A stretch of 63,613 bases of DNA, filler included, from Vannella sp. (taxonomy: Eukaryota), in assembly GCA_023345925.1 (NCBI GenBank). It is 8 parts of 8 records of this genome, joined end to end, with 100 filler letters (N's around TTAATTAATTAA, not from the genome) between each part and the next. Parts side by side here need not be neighbours in the genome. Positions count along the whole stretch, not along the records: positions 1 to 18,880 come from JAJQQN010000345.1; positions 18,981 to 23,474 come from JAJQQN010000754.1; positions 23,575 to 32,541 come from JAJQQN010000399.1; 5 more parts are not named here. One strand, given 5' to 3'. This document shows, one piece after another, positions 12,151 to 23,677 of this stretch. The translations under genes and the position numbers were made by a program. Every line of letters begins with the position of its first letter. Position 1 is the stretch's first letter. A model generated the notes under the pieces. That model saw nothing but the letters and a program-made list of their open reading frames with translations. It did no database searches and was not told the DNA's origin.

Positions 12151-15100
12151 ATGGTGTACTCATACGTGGTGACTGCGCAGAAGCCAACCAGTGTTGTGGA
12201 TGCTGTGAAGAGCCACTTCACCTCGGCATCAGAGAGCAATCTCATCATTAGGTATGTTGGAGGCCTCCCTGAAGGAGCTTGGCTAACTGATGGATAGCAA
12301 AGGAACCCGACTGGAGATTCATACTCTGACTCGCGAGGGACTCCAACCTTTCCTTGACATCGGCATGTACGGACGCATCCGGTCTTTACATCGATTCCGA
12401 CCTGAGAAGGAGGAGAAGGATCTTCTTCTTGTTGTCACAGAAGAGTACCGCTTCTGTGTTCTATCCTACGATGAGGAGAAGGGAGAGATCGTGACCAAGT
12501 CCTCTGGAAACGTCTCTAACCGCTCAGGCAAGCCTGTCGAGCACGCACAGCTGGCAATTATCGATCCTCTACGCCGGATGATCGTCATGAGCCTCTATGT
12601 TGGTCTATTGACAATCGTACCGATGAATCCAAAGACGGGAGATCTCTCAGAAGCGTTCACAGTGCGCATGGAGGAGATCAACGTGCTTGACATCAAGTTT
12701 CTCGAGGAAACTGAGGAGCCCACCATTGCTGTACTCTTCCAGGGCATGGATAGACGCGAAACACGCTTTGTAACAGTCTATCCTGTGTCTTTGGAGGAGA
12801 AGCAGCTTGGCCAAGAGCAATGGGGTCGCCACAAAGTGGAGGGAGGCGCTTCCATGCTTGTTTCTATGCCAGCACCAATTGGAGGAGTTTTAGTCATCGG
12901 AGAGACTACTATCACTCACCTCCTTCATGATACAGAGGTCTCTATCTCCATGGAATCAACCAGTGTTGCTGCTGTTGGGATAGTGGACGAAGATGGCTCC
13001 AGATTCCTCGTGGGTGACATGTTTGGCGATATCAGCATCTTGCTGGTCAACAAGGAGAAGCAGAGAGTAACTTCTCTTGCATTAGAGCGCCTTGGCAGCA
13101 CCAGTGCACCTTCCACCCTGACCTACCTCGACAGCGGGGTGGTCTTTGTCGGTTCTCTGCGTGGAGACTCTCAATTGGTACGGTTGAAAACTGAAAAGGA
13201 TGATGAAGGAAGCTACCTGGAGTGCATTACCTCGTTCACTAACCTGGGACCCATCGCGGACTTTGTTGTGGTCGACTTGGACCGCCAAGGCCAAGGTCAA
13301 ATCGTGACCTGCTCTGGAGCATTTGGAGACGGTTCTCTCCGTATTATTCGTAATGGCATTGGGATCAATGAGCAAGCCGCCATTGAGCTGCCTGGCGTAA
13401 AAGGTGTTTGGTCGCTCAAAGAGCACGATGAAGAGTTTGATAAGTTCCTTGTTGTGGCTTTTGTAGGACAATCTCGCATCCTTGCTATCTCTGGTGAAGT
13501 GATGGCGGAGGTCCAGCTTGAGGGCTTCGATTCAACTGCACAAACTGTACTTTGCGCGAATGTGGATGGTGGAAGCGTGGTCCAAGTTACAGAGCGGGAA
13601 GTTCGCTTGCTAGACGATAGCTCCTTCGCCCTTGTGGACTCGTGGACGGCTCCTCAGGATGTGTCCATCAATATTGCTTCTGCCAGTCCATCACAATTGA
13701 TTCTCTCTTTAGGTGGAGGCCGGCTTGTCTTCCTAGATCTCGCAGGCGGCAAACTTAAGGAGGTTAGCTCCACTACTATGGAGCACGAGGTATCTTGCAT
13801 CAATATTACTCCTTTGGGGACTGAAAGGCGCGCTCAGTTCTGCGCAGTGGGTCTGTGGACTGACATCAGCGTGCGCATTCTCACATTGCCCGATCTGAAT
13901 GAGGTTACTAAGGAGGTTATCGGAGGGGAATTCCTCCCTCGCTCAGTCCTCTTCTCGTCGTTTGAACACGCGGACCATGTCCTTTGTGCAATGGGAGACG
14001 GACATTTATTCTCGTTCCGCTTTGCAGTTGAGACAGCGGCACTCCATGATCGGAAGAGGATTTCGCTTGGCACAAAACCGATTCTGCTGGAGCCCTTCTG
14101 CTCCAAAGGTACCACAAATATCTTTGCTGCCTCTGATCGCCCCACAGTGATCTACTCCAACACGAAGAAGCTTCTTTACTCCAATGTTAACCTCAAGGAA
14201 GTGGACTACATGTGCTCTTTCAACGCAGAGGCATTCCCAGAGTCCTTGGCAATCGTGGGTGAGGACACTCTGACAATTGGAACAATCGATGAGATTCAAA
14301 AGCTCCACATTCGAACAGTCCCCTTGGGCGAGCTTCCCCGTAGAATCACTCATCATGAGCAAGCTCACGCATTTGTAGTTTCTACCATCCAAACGAGCCG
14401 TGATTCTGAGGAGAGCCACCTCCGAGTTATGGATGACCAAACCTTCGAACTCACTGACTCGTTCCATTTCAGTGATACGGAAAGTGCCACTGCCCTTGAT
14501 ATCTTCGTCACTTCTGAGGAGGAATCGCTGGTTCTGGTTGGCACTGCTTCGCCTCAAGTGGGCGAGTCCCAAGTGTCAAAAGGCAGGATTATCTTGTTCA
14601 GCCTGGACGAGCTCTCAAAGAAGCTTCAGCTTGTTTCTGAGATCAGTGTAGACGGTGCCGTGTACTGTATCAAGGCCTTTGAGGGGAAGATCGTTGCTGG
14701 TATCAATAACTCTGTTGCTACCTTCTCCCTCGAGGAGAATTCTCTGAAAAAGATCGGAGAGTGCGGAGGAAACATCCTTTCGCTTCAATTAGCTACTCGC
14801 GGTGATATCTGTGCAGTGGCTGACTTGATGCGCTCCATCTCCATCGTCCATTGGAATCAGGCCAACTCCACCTTCTCTGAGATTGCGCGAGATTACAGCC
14901 CGCATTGGATGCTCTCTTTGGAGATCCTCGACGACGATAACTTCTTAGGCGCAGAGACTTTCTTCAACTTATTCACCTTAACAAAGAACAGCGCTTCTGA
15001 GAAAGAGGAAGAAAGGAGCTATCTTGAAGCCGCTGGCGAGTTCCATCTAGGAGAGAGCGTTAATAAGATGCGCCACGGGTCCTTGGTCATGAAGTCTCAA

Positions 15101-15495
15101 GACAGCGATGCAGCACCCATTCCCACTGTGCTCTTTGGCACTGTGAGCGGCGCTATTGGCATCATTGCCACCATCTCTGAAGAAGATTTCTTCTTCTTTG
15201 AGAAGGTTCAGCGGAACATCAATCAAGTCATTAAAGGGGTTGGTGGCTTCGACCACTCGGAGTAAGTGGAACTGGACCTGCTAGCTTTTACTCCCTTCTA
15301 ACAGCTCTTAGTTGGAGAGCTTTCCGCTCAGATAGCCAAGTCAAGCCATCTCGGGGATTCATTGACGGCGATTTGGTCGAGAACTTCCTCGACTTGTCCC
15401 CCGAGAAGATGCAAGAGGTCGTCTCCACACTCGACGGGATAACCATTGAGGAGCTCTGCAAACGCATTGAAGACCTCTCTCAGGCCCTTCACTAG
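12151..15495 (+). CDS. DDB1: DNA damage-binding protein 1 (CUL4 adaptor)
   Basis: YVVTAQKPT, NLGPIADFVVVDLDRQGQGQIVTCSG, TIGTIDEIQKLHIRTVPLGE, GFIDGDLVENFLDL. Introns at 12252-12297 and 15262-15311. Confidence 0.97.
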
Positions 15496-15559
15496 ATCGA
15501 TTACACTAACTCTTGACTCCCTCAAAGCTCTTCCTCTCGGATGGATTGGGTTTGCCTTT

Positions 15560-15955
15560 TCAGTGATTGTCTTGTACTGGGGAGCAGGTGGCCCCGTAGA
15601 ACATGAGTTTGGTTGTTCCTTTATCCATAGAGGAAGCAGAAGACCATTCCCTCTTCAGCTCAACACCAAATGGAGAGCAGAATGAAGCTCTGTTGGAGCA
15701 GGGAACGTAAAGGATGAACTCATTCCTTGTCTGAGAGACAACAACGAATCGAGAGAGCTCGTTTCTCTCCTCTTCCAGTTTGATAAGAGAAGAGACAGAC
15801 TGGGAATGAGAGCGAGAGAGGGAGGGCAGTCGGCTAGGCCACTCCATCAACGCCCAAGAGTGTCTTTCGAAGACATTTCGACCCTCTTCTTCTCCGTGTT
15901 CAATCCACGAGAGAGGTACGTTCAGTAAGCGCCACAGACAGCTGGAGAAAGCCAT
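15560..15955 (-). CDS. Hypothetical protein
   Basis: 131-aa ATG-started ORF filling the gap between DDB1 and the F-box gene. No motif recognised. Confidence 0.25.
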   Translation of the reverse strand: MAFSSCLWRLLNVPLSWIEHGEEEGRNVFERHSWALMEWPSRLPSLSRSHSQSVSSLIKLEEERNELSRFVVVSQTRNEFILYVPCSNRASFCSPFGVELKREWSSASSMDKGTTKLMFYGATCSPVQDNH

Positions 15956-16153
15956 CTGGTCGGAATGTCACTTGGTGACACTTTGTTCGTTCGTTAGTAA
16001 CAGCACCTAAGAGCTCTTTGAATGCTTCCCTGGCTTGGAAAAACAAGAGTGAGGCTAATAGAGCTCACAAGGGACGGTCCTCCTGCGTGAACGAGGCAAA
16101 GGGGCCAGGAAAGGGGAAAGAAGCGCCATTCTTTGGGCGAGCCGACCTCTCGG

Positions 16154-18329
16154 ATGGACGGCTTTCGAGAGGTTGAGGATGAGGGCACAGATGAGCTTGA
16201 AGAGGGCTCATCCATGTCCACGAGCGAGGATGAGGACGCTCAGGAGGAGGGAGACGAAGAGGAGGACGTTGTAGCGGAGGTTGCGAGACAAGTCGCCATG
16301 CTGGGGACCTCCTGCTCGTCCATCTCCGTCATTAGCGAGCCTCTCATGCAGCACATATTCTCTCTGATAGAAGATCTCCCTGATCTGCTCTCTGCCACGC
16401 TCGTGTGTGGGCAATGGGAGAGGATCATCCGCTCCTCGGACGCCATTTGGCGTCCCATCTACTCCTCGATCCCCCAGCCTATCACCACGTATCTACCTAC
16501 TGCAAACCACTTTGAGAGGGTGCTACATCATGGGAAACGCCTTGAGATCCGCCGTGGTACGTTTTTTCTGTGTTTGGAGCTGTTTAACTCAACGTAGCCC
16601 CTTTGGCACTGGCTGAAGACCCTCGTTTGGACTCAAGTAAGATCCTACGGCAGTGTACGATGGGTGGGACGCTCTCTCCTGCTCACATGGAGCAACTTCT
16701 TCGTGCCGATGGGTTTGTTTACGCTCTGCACTCTGGTAACCAACACCTACTGGACCTGTACGTACCCAAGAACGAACCATCTAGAGCTGAGCTAACCTTG
16801 GATGGGCTCAGAGTGCAGGAGAAAGAGATCGTGATGGAGTTGTTTGACCTCATGCTCCGGCCACTCAAGGGCGAGTGGGAGACTCTCCACAACCAAGAGA
16901 ACCTAAAGATAGCCCACCTCTCCTACCAGACACTCGCAAGCGACCTCATACTCGATCTGATCGTCGATAACCCGGAACTCCTGAACGCCCTCTTTTACTT
17001 CCTTGAGACCGTGGACAGGCATGGAGGAGCTGCTCCTCCAAGTGTGTACTTCTCTAAGATACTTGGTTCCCTCTTCGAACACTATCCATCGAAGGTGAGA
17101 AGCCCTTCCCTGTTTGAAGGAGGACCGTACTCATGAAGGGCGATCAGTCTGTGGCGTACTGCAAGCAGCAGACCCGCTTGATTCGTAACTTGGCGGAGAA
17201 CATACATGATCCTCATCTGACTCACATCCTGTACAAGCTCGTGGACTCGGATATGACCCACCGTTGGCTGTTGGAGACTCAGCTCATTCCTACGCTGGCC
17301 AGCATTCTCTCCTCTTCTGAGAGCTTGGAGGTTAGTCGATCCTTTGTTTGGTACTGCTAGGATGGCCTGACGAGAGGAGCAGCGACAGGAGAATGGTGCA
17401 GAAGCTCTCTTTAGTGTATTGACATTGTGCCAGCCCTGGGGGCTGACTCCTCTGGTGACGGGCATGTTGAATAACAACGAAACGATAAGACACATTATTG
17501 CCTATGCGCGTGAAGAGCCCCTCTCTGCGTTCCGCATTCATCATGCAGTGAGAATTCTGTGCGCGGCCATTCAACTCATCCACGATGACGTGGTGGATGT
17601 TCCTTCGATTATAACGATACTCAGCTCTCATATGGTCTTCTTTTGTGATGTTTTAAGGAGCTGCCCAAGCGCAGGGACATCAAAGGAGCTCGGTCTCACC
17701 CGATTAGGAGTTGTTGAGTTACTGAGCGCTCTCATAACTATCGGCTTCCCTATTATAGTGGACCGGATGAGTGAGAGCTCTACATTTTGTGTACTTTTGG
17801 ACCTTTTCTTTCAGCACCCTTGGAGTAACATACTTCACTTTCAAGTCACTCAGATCTTCTCTGCCCTTCTGCACTCTAACCACCGCAAAGTTATGCATGT
17901 AGGTATCTTAAAGGGTCCTAGCTTGGTTCAAAGTCTCTAACGCATCCAACAGGTCATCAAGAAATGTAATATAATCGACCGCATAATCGATGCTCACCGA
18001 GCTGGAACGAAAAATGGCTATTTGGGGCACCTCCGACAGCTCGCCAATGAGTTACTCGCCATTGCTGTACACTCATCAAGTATAGCTCACCTTCTAAGTG
18101 GTGCGTTCCACCCCTTTGGGAAGAGCTTACCCCGTAGTAACAGTGAACAGAGAATGCACATTGGTCTGACTTTGTAGACTACATGTTAGAGCCCAGAAAC
18201 CAATTGGACGGCCTTCATGTCACCTACGAGGACGACTACGAGATTGACATGCTGGAAGGTCACTTGGACCTCGAAGATACTTTAGGAGTGGACTACGAAG
18301 AGTACGAAATTGACGACGATTATCACTAA
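16154..18329 (+). CDS. F-box + SAPS (SIT4/PP6 regulatory subunit) domain fusion protein
   Basis: F-box EPLMQHIFSLIEDLPDLLSATLVCGQWERI is joined in frame via intron 16557-16597 to SAPS motifs VYFSKILGSL, LGLTRLGVVELLSAL, LDLFFQHPWSNILH, GYLGHLRQLAN, WSDFV. Confidence 0.8.
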
Positions 18330-18880
18330 AGTGCCAAATAAACCGATTCGAAGCGCACAGAATCTCTCCGAGACATTCTCGTGCGAAGCTGAGTTCGAGG
18401 ACAACCCTCCTGTCACCTCCTTCCACTGTTTGGGTGACCGTTCTTCCATCTCTTCCGACTGTGCCGTTTTGAACATTGTCGCCACCCAGTGTAGGACAAG
18501 GAGAACGTGCACGTGGTTCAGGTCGTTCTAGGGGACCACATTCTTCCCGACATTCTCCCGCCTACCTCAGCGAGTTCGCACTCAAGGAGCATCAGAACTC
18601 GAAATGTGAGTCCCTTGAGACATCTGTCCAGTGAGGCAGCTCTTCAGCACAAGAGAAGAGGCCTTCTGATGAACTGCATTCGTTCAGGTGCGTCCACCAG
18701 AGCGGTGGCGGGGCCATCACGGAGCAGGCTGGGATGGTTTCGAGTTAATACAGAATGGGATACTTCTGGCTTGGTTTAGTGGACAGAGACGGGAGTCTGT
18801 TAGGTGAGAAGGAGGGAGCAGACCTTCACTGCCTCTTCCTCCAGTAACCTGCGGCCTTCCAGTCCTCTCAGCTCAATGGG

Positions 18881-18980
18881 NNNNNNNNNNNNNNNNNNNN
18901 NNNNNNNNNNNNNNNNNNNNNNNNTTAATTAATTAANNNNNNNNNNNNNNNNNNNNNNNNNNNNNNNNNNNNNNNNNNNN
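18881..18980. other. Artificial contig spacer (also 23475-23574, 32542-32641, 39597-39696, 45173-45272, 51610-51709, 59294-59393)
   Basis: Seven identical blocks of 44 N + TTAATTAATTAA (stops in six frames) + 44 N. Confidence 0.97.
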
Positions 18981-19555
18981 GAACTTGAAATGATTAAAGG
19001 CAAGTCACTGAGGGATCTTGATGGCAACCCCATTTTCTTTTAAGCCAAAAGGACCCTTAATAACTCCCATTAGCTTTCCAGTTGCGATCCTTCGAAAAGG
19101 CCCCAAAATCGAAGCTGAGGGTTCGAATCGGATTTTTATGTGTTTTTAGGGGTTCAACTTTTTGTGTTCAATGCACGATCAGTCGCCCAGGCTCATGGAT
19201 TCTCTCAAGGCTGGTCAATAATCCACCATGACACCCTGATGAGTCCATACCTACTGGGGACTTGTTCGACAGAGAGCGCCCTGGACTTGGCTCCTACTTG
19301 TGAGTGAGGCGAGTGAAGGTTGTCATGAGGCATGTATGAGTTCAGTTGAGATGGGGTGAGTGGGAGCGAGTGCCTTATTGGTCACGATGATCGACTCGAA
19401 GGTGCATTATTGCTTTCTCCTCGGCTTTGTTTTCCCCCTTGGATGTCTTTAGGACCAATCCTCTCTTTAGGGGACCAATTTCGTGAGGCCAAGAAAATCG
19501 TATTTATGAGAATCTGTAAAATGAGTGAAATTGGTCATTCAGTGGGAGCTTCGAG

Positions 19556-20044
19556 ATGTCGATCAGCACTACTACGTTTGATGAGCTGGAGAAGCACTTC
19601 AAGGTGATGATGGCTGACAATGATGCGTTGTTGAAGGAGTGGAAGGCGATGGACTTTAACGGAAACGGCCACTGCTCTCTGGCAGAGATTGACAAATGGG
19701 TCCTGGAGAGATATCCTTTGCTCCACCACAAGCCTGCTATCATGAGAGCTTACCAACAAGTGCATGGAGGAAACAGCTTCATTGAGAAGGCTGAGTTCAA
19801 GTCCCTGTTGCGCCATCTCTTCATCTACAACCGGCTGTGGGAGATCTTTGCCGCCATCGACACTGGGGACGACCAGCGAGTAGACCTTGCTGAGTTCCAA
19901 AAGGGAGTATCCTTGTTGGGCCTCTCTCTGACTCCAGAAGAGGCTGCTACTGAGTTCCGCAAGATCGACCGCAACGGAGGAGGACAAGTCCTTTTCGACG
20001 AGTTCAGCTCCTGGGTGGCGCAACGCAAGTTCCCCATCGACTAA
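19556..20044 (+). CDS. EF-hand protein, calflagin/flagellar Ca-binding-protein-like
   Basis: EF loops DFNGNGHCSLAE, DTGDDQRVDLAE, DRNGGGQVLFDEF, plus IMRAY and C-terminal FDEFSSW as in the FCaBP family. Intronless. Confidence 0.75.
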   Translation: MSISTTTFDELEKHFKVMMADNDALLKEWKAMDFNGNGHCSLAEIDKWVLERYPLLHHKPAIMRAYQQVHGGNSFIEKAEFKSLLRHLFIYNRLWEIFAAIDTGDDQRVDLAEFQKGVSLLGLSLTPEEAATEFRKIDRNGGGQVLFDEFSSWVAQRKFPID

Positions 20045-20116
20045 GCATTGGCTTGTAGAGGGGTATAAACCGTGTTCCAAGCGTACAAACGATCAGGCGA
20101 GCCATTCTTTACTGCC

Positions 20117-20881
20117 ATGAGGGGACGAAGCTTGTTGGTGGGACTGCTGCTCTTGATGTGCTTGGGGAGCACGCTTGGCACCTACGTTAGGTTCTTTCAT
20201 GCCATAGCAGAGGCGAGAGAGGTGGACATCTACGCAAACGGCAAAGCTATCATCAAGGGGATGGTTTACTCGAAACTGACCAAGTATATCTCCGTCTCTC
20301 CTGATCGTGAAGGCCTTCTGAAGATAGAGTTCCATGCTGGAGGCAACACAGATGTTCTCTTCTACTCAAAGGCTTCCGTACCGGGAGATGGACACTACAC
20401 GGTCGTCGCTTGCGGTCTTCTGACCAAAACGAAGATCTACCCCTTTCAGGCCCTGTTCTTCCAGGACCTACATCAATCTCTAGCTGCTCGGGCTGCTTTG
20501 AGGACCATTCACGCCTCTGCTGGATCGATCAACATGAACGTATTGGTCGACGGCGAAGTTGCCTACACAAACATCGCGTATGGGACGACGAGTCAGCCTG
20601 AGTTCGGCTACCTTAAAGCAGGCAATCGAAGTATTGCTATCAGAGCCACTGGTGAGGGTGGCCCCATCGTGGTGGGGCCACTGGATGTCGCTCTCGCCGG
20701 GCGATCAGTGACTACGATCATCATATTAGGCGTGGCAGGCAATGAGAGAACTCCTTTGACTGCCATTGTGGAGGTTGACTACTCAACAGACTCTCCTCTT
20801 CCTCCTGTCAAGCCAAAAATCAAAGCAAAAGACGGCACCCTCGGTGGGCTTGTTCCCCTTGCTGGGATGCTCGAAATATAG
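20117..20881 (+). CDS. Secreted DUF4397-like protein
   Basis: Signal peptide followed by two repeats of the VRxxHAxxxxxxVDxxxNG pattern (VRFFHAIAEAREVDIYANG; LRTIHASAGSINMNVLVDG). Intronless. Confidence 0.75.
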   Translation: MRGRSLLVGLLLLMCLGSTLGTYVRFFHAIAEAREVDIYANGKAIIKGMVYSKLTKYISVSPDREGLLKIEFHAGGNTDVLFYSKASVPGDGHYTVVACGLLTKTKIYPFQALFFQDLHQSLAARAALRTIHASAGSINMNVLVDGEVAYTNIAYGTTSQPEFGYLKAGNRSIAIRATGEGGPIVVGPLDVALAGRSVTTIIILGVAGNERTPLTAIVEVDYSTDSPLPPVKPKIKAKDGTLGGLVPLAGMLEI

Positions 20882-20988
20882 CTCATTCCTTTACTCTCTT
20901 CCACTCTCGTCCCTTAGTTGACGACAAAGTGCTACCAGCAAGGTGTATTCGCAGTAGAGAGAGCCGCTGGACCCGAAGAGGGGTCGAT

Positions 20989-21386
20989 CTACTTGGCAGA
21001 GAGGAGTTCAATGTCGAAACGGAGAACTGCATTGGGAGGGATTGTACAGAGTGGTTAAGGAGAACGTAGGAGGGAGAGGGAGCGAAAGGGAAGGAAGAAG
21101 AAGGATATCCCCAGGATGGGAAGCCGCCAGCGCCGTAGCCGTAATCAGGAGTGCAAGTCAGAGAAGCGTGCTCTCCCACTTGCATCTGAGCAACACCTTC
21201 ATCCCAACCCTTGATCACTTGGCCCAGTCCGATAGTAAAGGTGAAGCTCTTCTGTCCTGGGTCCTTGGTGCTCCAGAACTTCTTTCCACTCTCCACCACA
21301 AAGCCAGTGCACTCCACAGTCACTGCCTGCCCACGCACAGGCTTGGGTCCATTCCCCTCCTTCGTTCGGTCAATAGTCACACCCAT
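20989..21386 (-). CDS. FKBP12: FKBP12-type peptidyl-prolyl isomerase (110 aa)
   Basis: MGVTI...VTVECTG...KFWSTKDPGQ..FTIGLGQVIKGWDEGV...GFPSWG|IPPNAVLRFDIELL. The frame is restored by an AT-AC intron. Confidence 0.93.
21044..21108 (-). other. U12-type (minor spliceosome) AT-AC intron
   Basis: 5' ATATCCTT, branch point TCCTTAAC ending 10 nt before the 3' end, terminal AC. Removal gives TGG GG|A ATC CCT CCC AAT (WGIPPN). Confidence 0.93.
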
Positions 21387-21713
21387 CCCCACAGCGCCAA
21401 CAGAAGATGAATTGAATGAACACCCAACCACCAACTTGGATCGACTTAAATTGCCACCAAAGACCCTTTCATTTCGAAATCTTTTCAGTGAATAACATTT
21501 ATGTAATAGAAAGATCTCGTCCCCAACCTGGCAACTGACCGGCAAGGGGAAACGAACAGGAGACGTCAGTCCGCTCTGCAACTTCCAAATGAGGCCAGTT
21601 GGTGCGTCACGATCTTCAGCAGACAAATCAAGAGAGGAGAATCCAGAAAGGGGACTGAGGGAGGGTAAGAAAAGCTCTTGTTGAGGAGAACGGAGAAGAT
21701 GAGATGGCCATCT

Positions 21714-22454
21714 CTATTTTTGAGGTTTATTCGGAGAAACAGGAAGTGGGAGGACGGTGAGGGAGAGTTTGCCTTCTGGCTGTTCGAAGAAGAGACCTTC
21801 GGGCTCTGCCGCTGCCAGGAGTCTTCGAGCACGAGGAGAGGAAGGATACTTGTGACCAGCACTGCGGAGGATTAAAGTGTGAGTAATGCAAACACCGAGA
21901 AAGCTCCAGACTGTGATCGTCAGAGTGTGTTCGCGTGATTTGCCTCGCTTTCCGGGGAGAGGAACCACGTAGAAACTGATAGGTGATTCGTCCGTCACCT
22001 CTTTGCTTAGAGACTTCTGTGTACTCTCGGAAGAGTCTGTTTCCCCCAGATGTAATGCTTGATTGTGCCCTGACTGGACGAGGAGTTCAACAGCGACTGA
22101 CTTTGCGCTTTGGAAGAGACCATGGAACTGGATGCGTTGTGCCTTCCCGATGTCGACGAGGCCCCAAGAGCTGATGTCGTATGTCGCATAGCGGTTTGAC
22201 TTGCCTTGGAAGGTGACGTGGGCAGGCTGCCGGGATTTCCCCAGCACCTCAACGATCGGAGGCTCGTAGTCTGAGAGAGGCATGAATCTTCCTCCTATGC
22301 TGGGCTCCATAGGCTGATGAGGGTCGAGGAGCAAGTCTAAGGAGATCTCGCTTTGAGGCACAAAATATGGAAAGATGGTTTCAAAGGACAGGCCTTCTCC
22401 CAGTGCTTCTGAGATCTGTAAGTCATCTATGATGAAGAGTGGCGGCTTGCTCAT
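21714..22454 (-). CDS. Hypothetical protein
   Basis: Uninterrupted ~246-aa ORF from MSKPPLFII. No family recognised. Confidence 0.45.
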   Translation of the reverse strand: MSKPPLFIIDDLQISEALGEGLSFETIFPYFVPQSEISLDLLLDPHQPMEPSIGGRFMPLSDYEPPIVEVLGKSRQPAHVTFQGKSNRYATYDISSWGLVDIGKAQRIQFHGLFQSAKSVAVELLVQSGHNQALHLGETDSSESTQKSLSKEVTDESPISFYVVPLPGKRGKSREHTLTITVWSFLGVCITHTLILRSAGHKYPSSPRARRLLAAAEPEGLFFEQPEGKLSLTVLPLPVSPNKPQK

Positions 22455-23425
22455 GGCGATCGAGACAAAAGATGAAACGAAACGCAAAGAAAAGGGAAGG
22501 GGAAACGAAAATCCTTACTGTCCGTAGATTGGATCCAAAGGCGAATTACTCCATCTGAAATCACTCTATGTTTTACCTTTAAATGTGTATAGAAAATCTG
22601 GTGCCTCCAGCATGATTCAGGAAGGATGTAAAAAGTGTCTCGTTGTTCATTTGCCGTCACCTGAGAGAACCTTACCACGATCATGGCATTCTCACCATTC
22701 CGTGTGTCTCCTTTTCCGTTCCCAAGACCACCCCAACGCGAGGAGGATGAGTGTTGATTCTTCGGTCCCAAACAAAGACATGAACATGGCATTAGCGACC
22801 GATCCACCATCATCAAGAGGATACCACAGCCATCAACAGTGTATCATCCACAATGGATTTCCTGACATGGGCCTGCTGTAACCAGAGTTGAGACCCAGAC
22901 TTTCATCCTTCAACGAGCCGACTTTGTGCGAAGATGTCTTCTGAGCCCCAATTTCGTAGAGATGTTTGTCCCTATCTGTCAGCTTACTAGGATACTTCTA
23001 CACTACTGGGAGCCACAGTGATTGAGAGAGAGTCGAAATGCAAGTTGGTCGCCTTCTCCCTCAACCGAGATCCTGTGAAGACCACTCAGGTTCACAACAG
23101 TCCCAATGAATTGATTCATAATAGTCGTGTGCATCAACACTCTCCTAACCATAGCCACCCGCCCTCTCATTCCCATGTGTTGTCATCAATCTCTCTCCGC
23201 TGTGTGTCTTCACCACTGTGATCCAAGCTTCAGCGAGACGCGATAAAGGGTAATCAATGACTAGTTGGCGCTCAGGAGAATGGCTCTTGGGGTAACTTCA
23301 ACAGCAAACGATAACAGAGGGGGGAGAGAAGAGCAACAACCCCTCGTTTCATTACTGGTGAGTTTCAACCTACTCCTCTCTGACTAGAGCTCACGAGGAG
23401 AGCTAGATCACCATGGCCCAAGTGC

Positions 23426-23610
23426 GAGAGGGTTCACCGCACTAAACCACGTCCGCTGACCACGGTTGAAAGACNNNNNNNNNNNNNNNNNNNNNNNNNN
23501 NNNNNNNNNNNNNNNNNNTTAATTAATTAANNNNNNNNNNNNNNNNNNNNNNNNNNNNNNNNNNNNNNNNNNNNCAGCGGACGTGGTTTAGCGGGGCCGT
23601 GAACTCTCTC
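23426..23610. repeat. Dispersed repeat family B, inverted pair flanking a spacer. Other copies at ~31857-31928(-), 32416-32436(+), 32642-32672(-), 39958-40030(+), 40345-40460(+); degenerate copy at ~19040-19150.
   Basis: Shared core GTTCACGGCCC..CTAAACCACGTCCGCTGxCCxCGGTTGAAA seen on both strands. Confidence 0.75.
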
Positions 23611-23677
23611 TGTGGACACACCTGCCAAAATTTCTATTGACTTTGGCAAAGTCAATATAAACTTGGTATTGTTTGGT

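Noticed and set aside
18925..18936. Recurrent palindrome TTAATTAATTAA
   Set aside because: Always centred in 44+44 N. It is an artificial six-frame-stop linker, not biology.
19907..19914. GTATCCTT as a second U12 donor
   Set aside because: It lies in an uninterrupted EF-hand coding frame with no downstream TCCTTAAC branch site.
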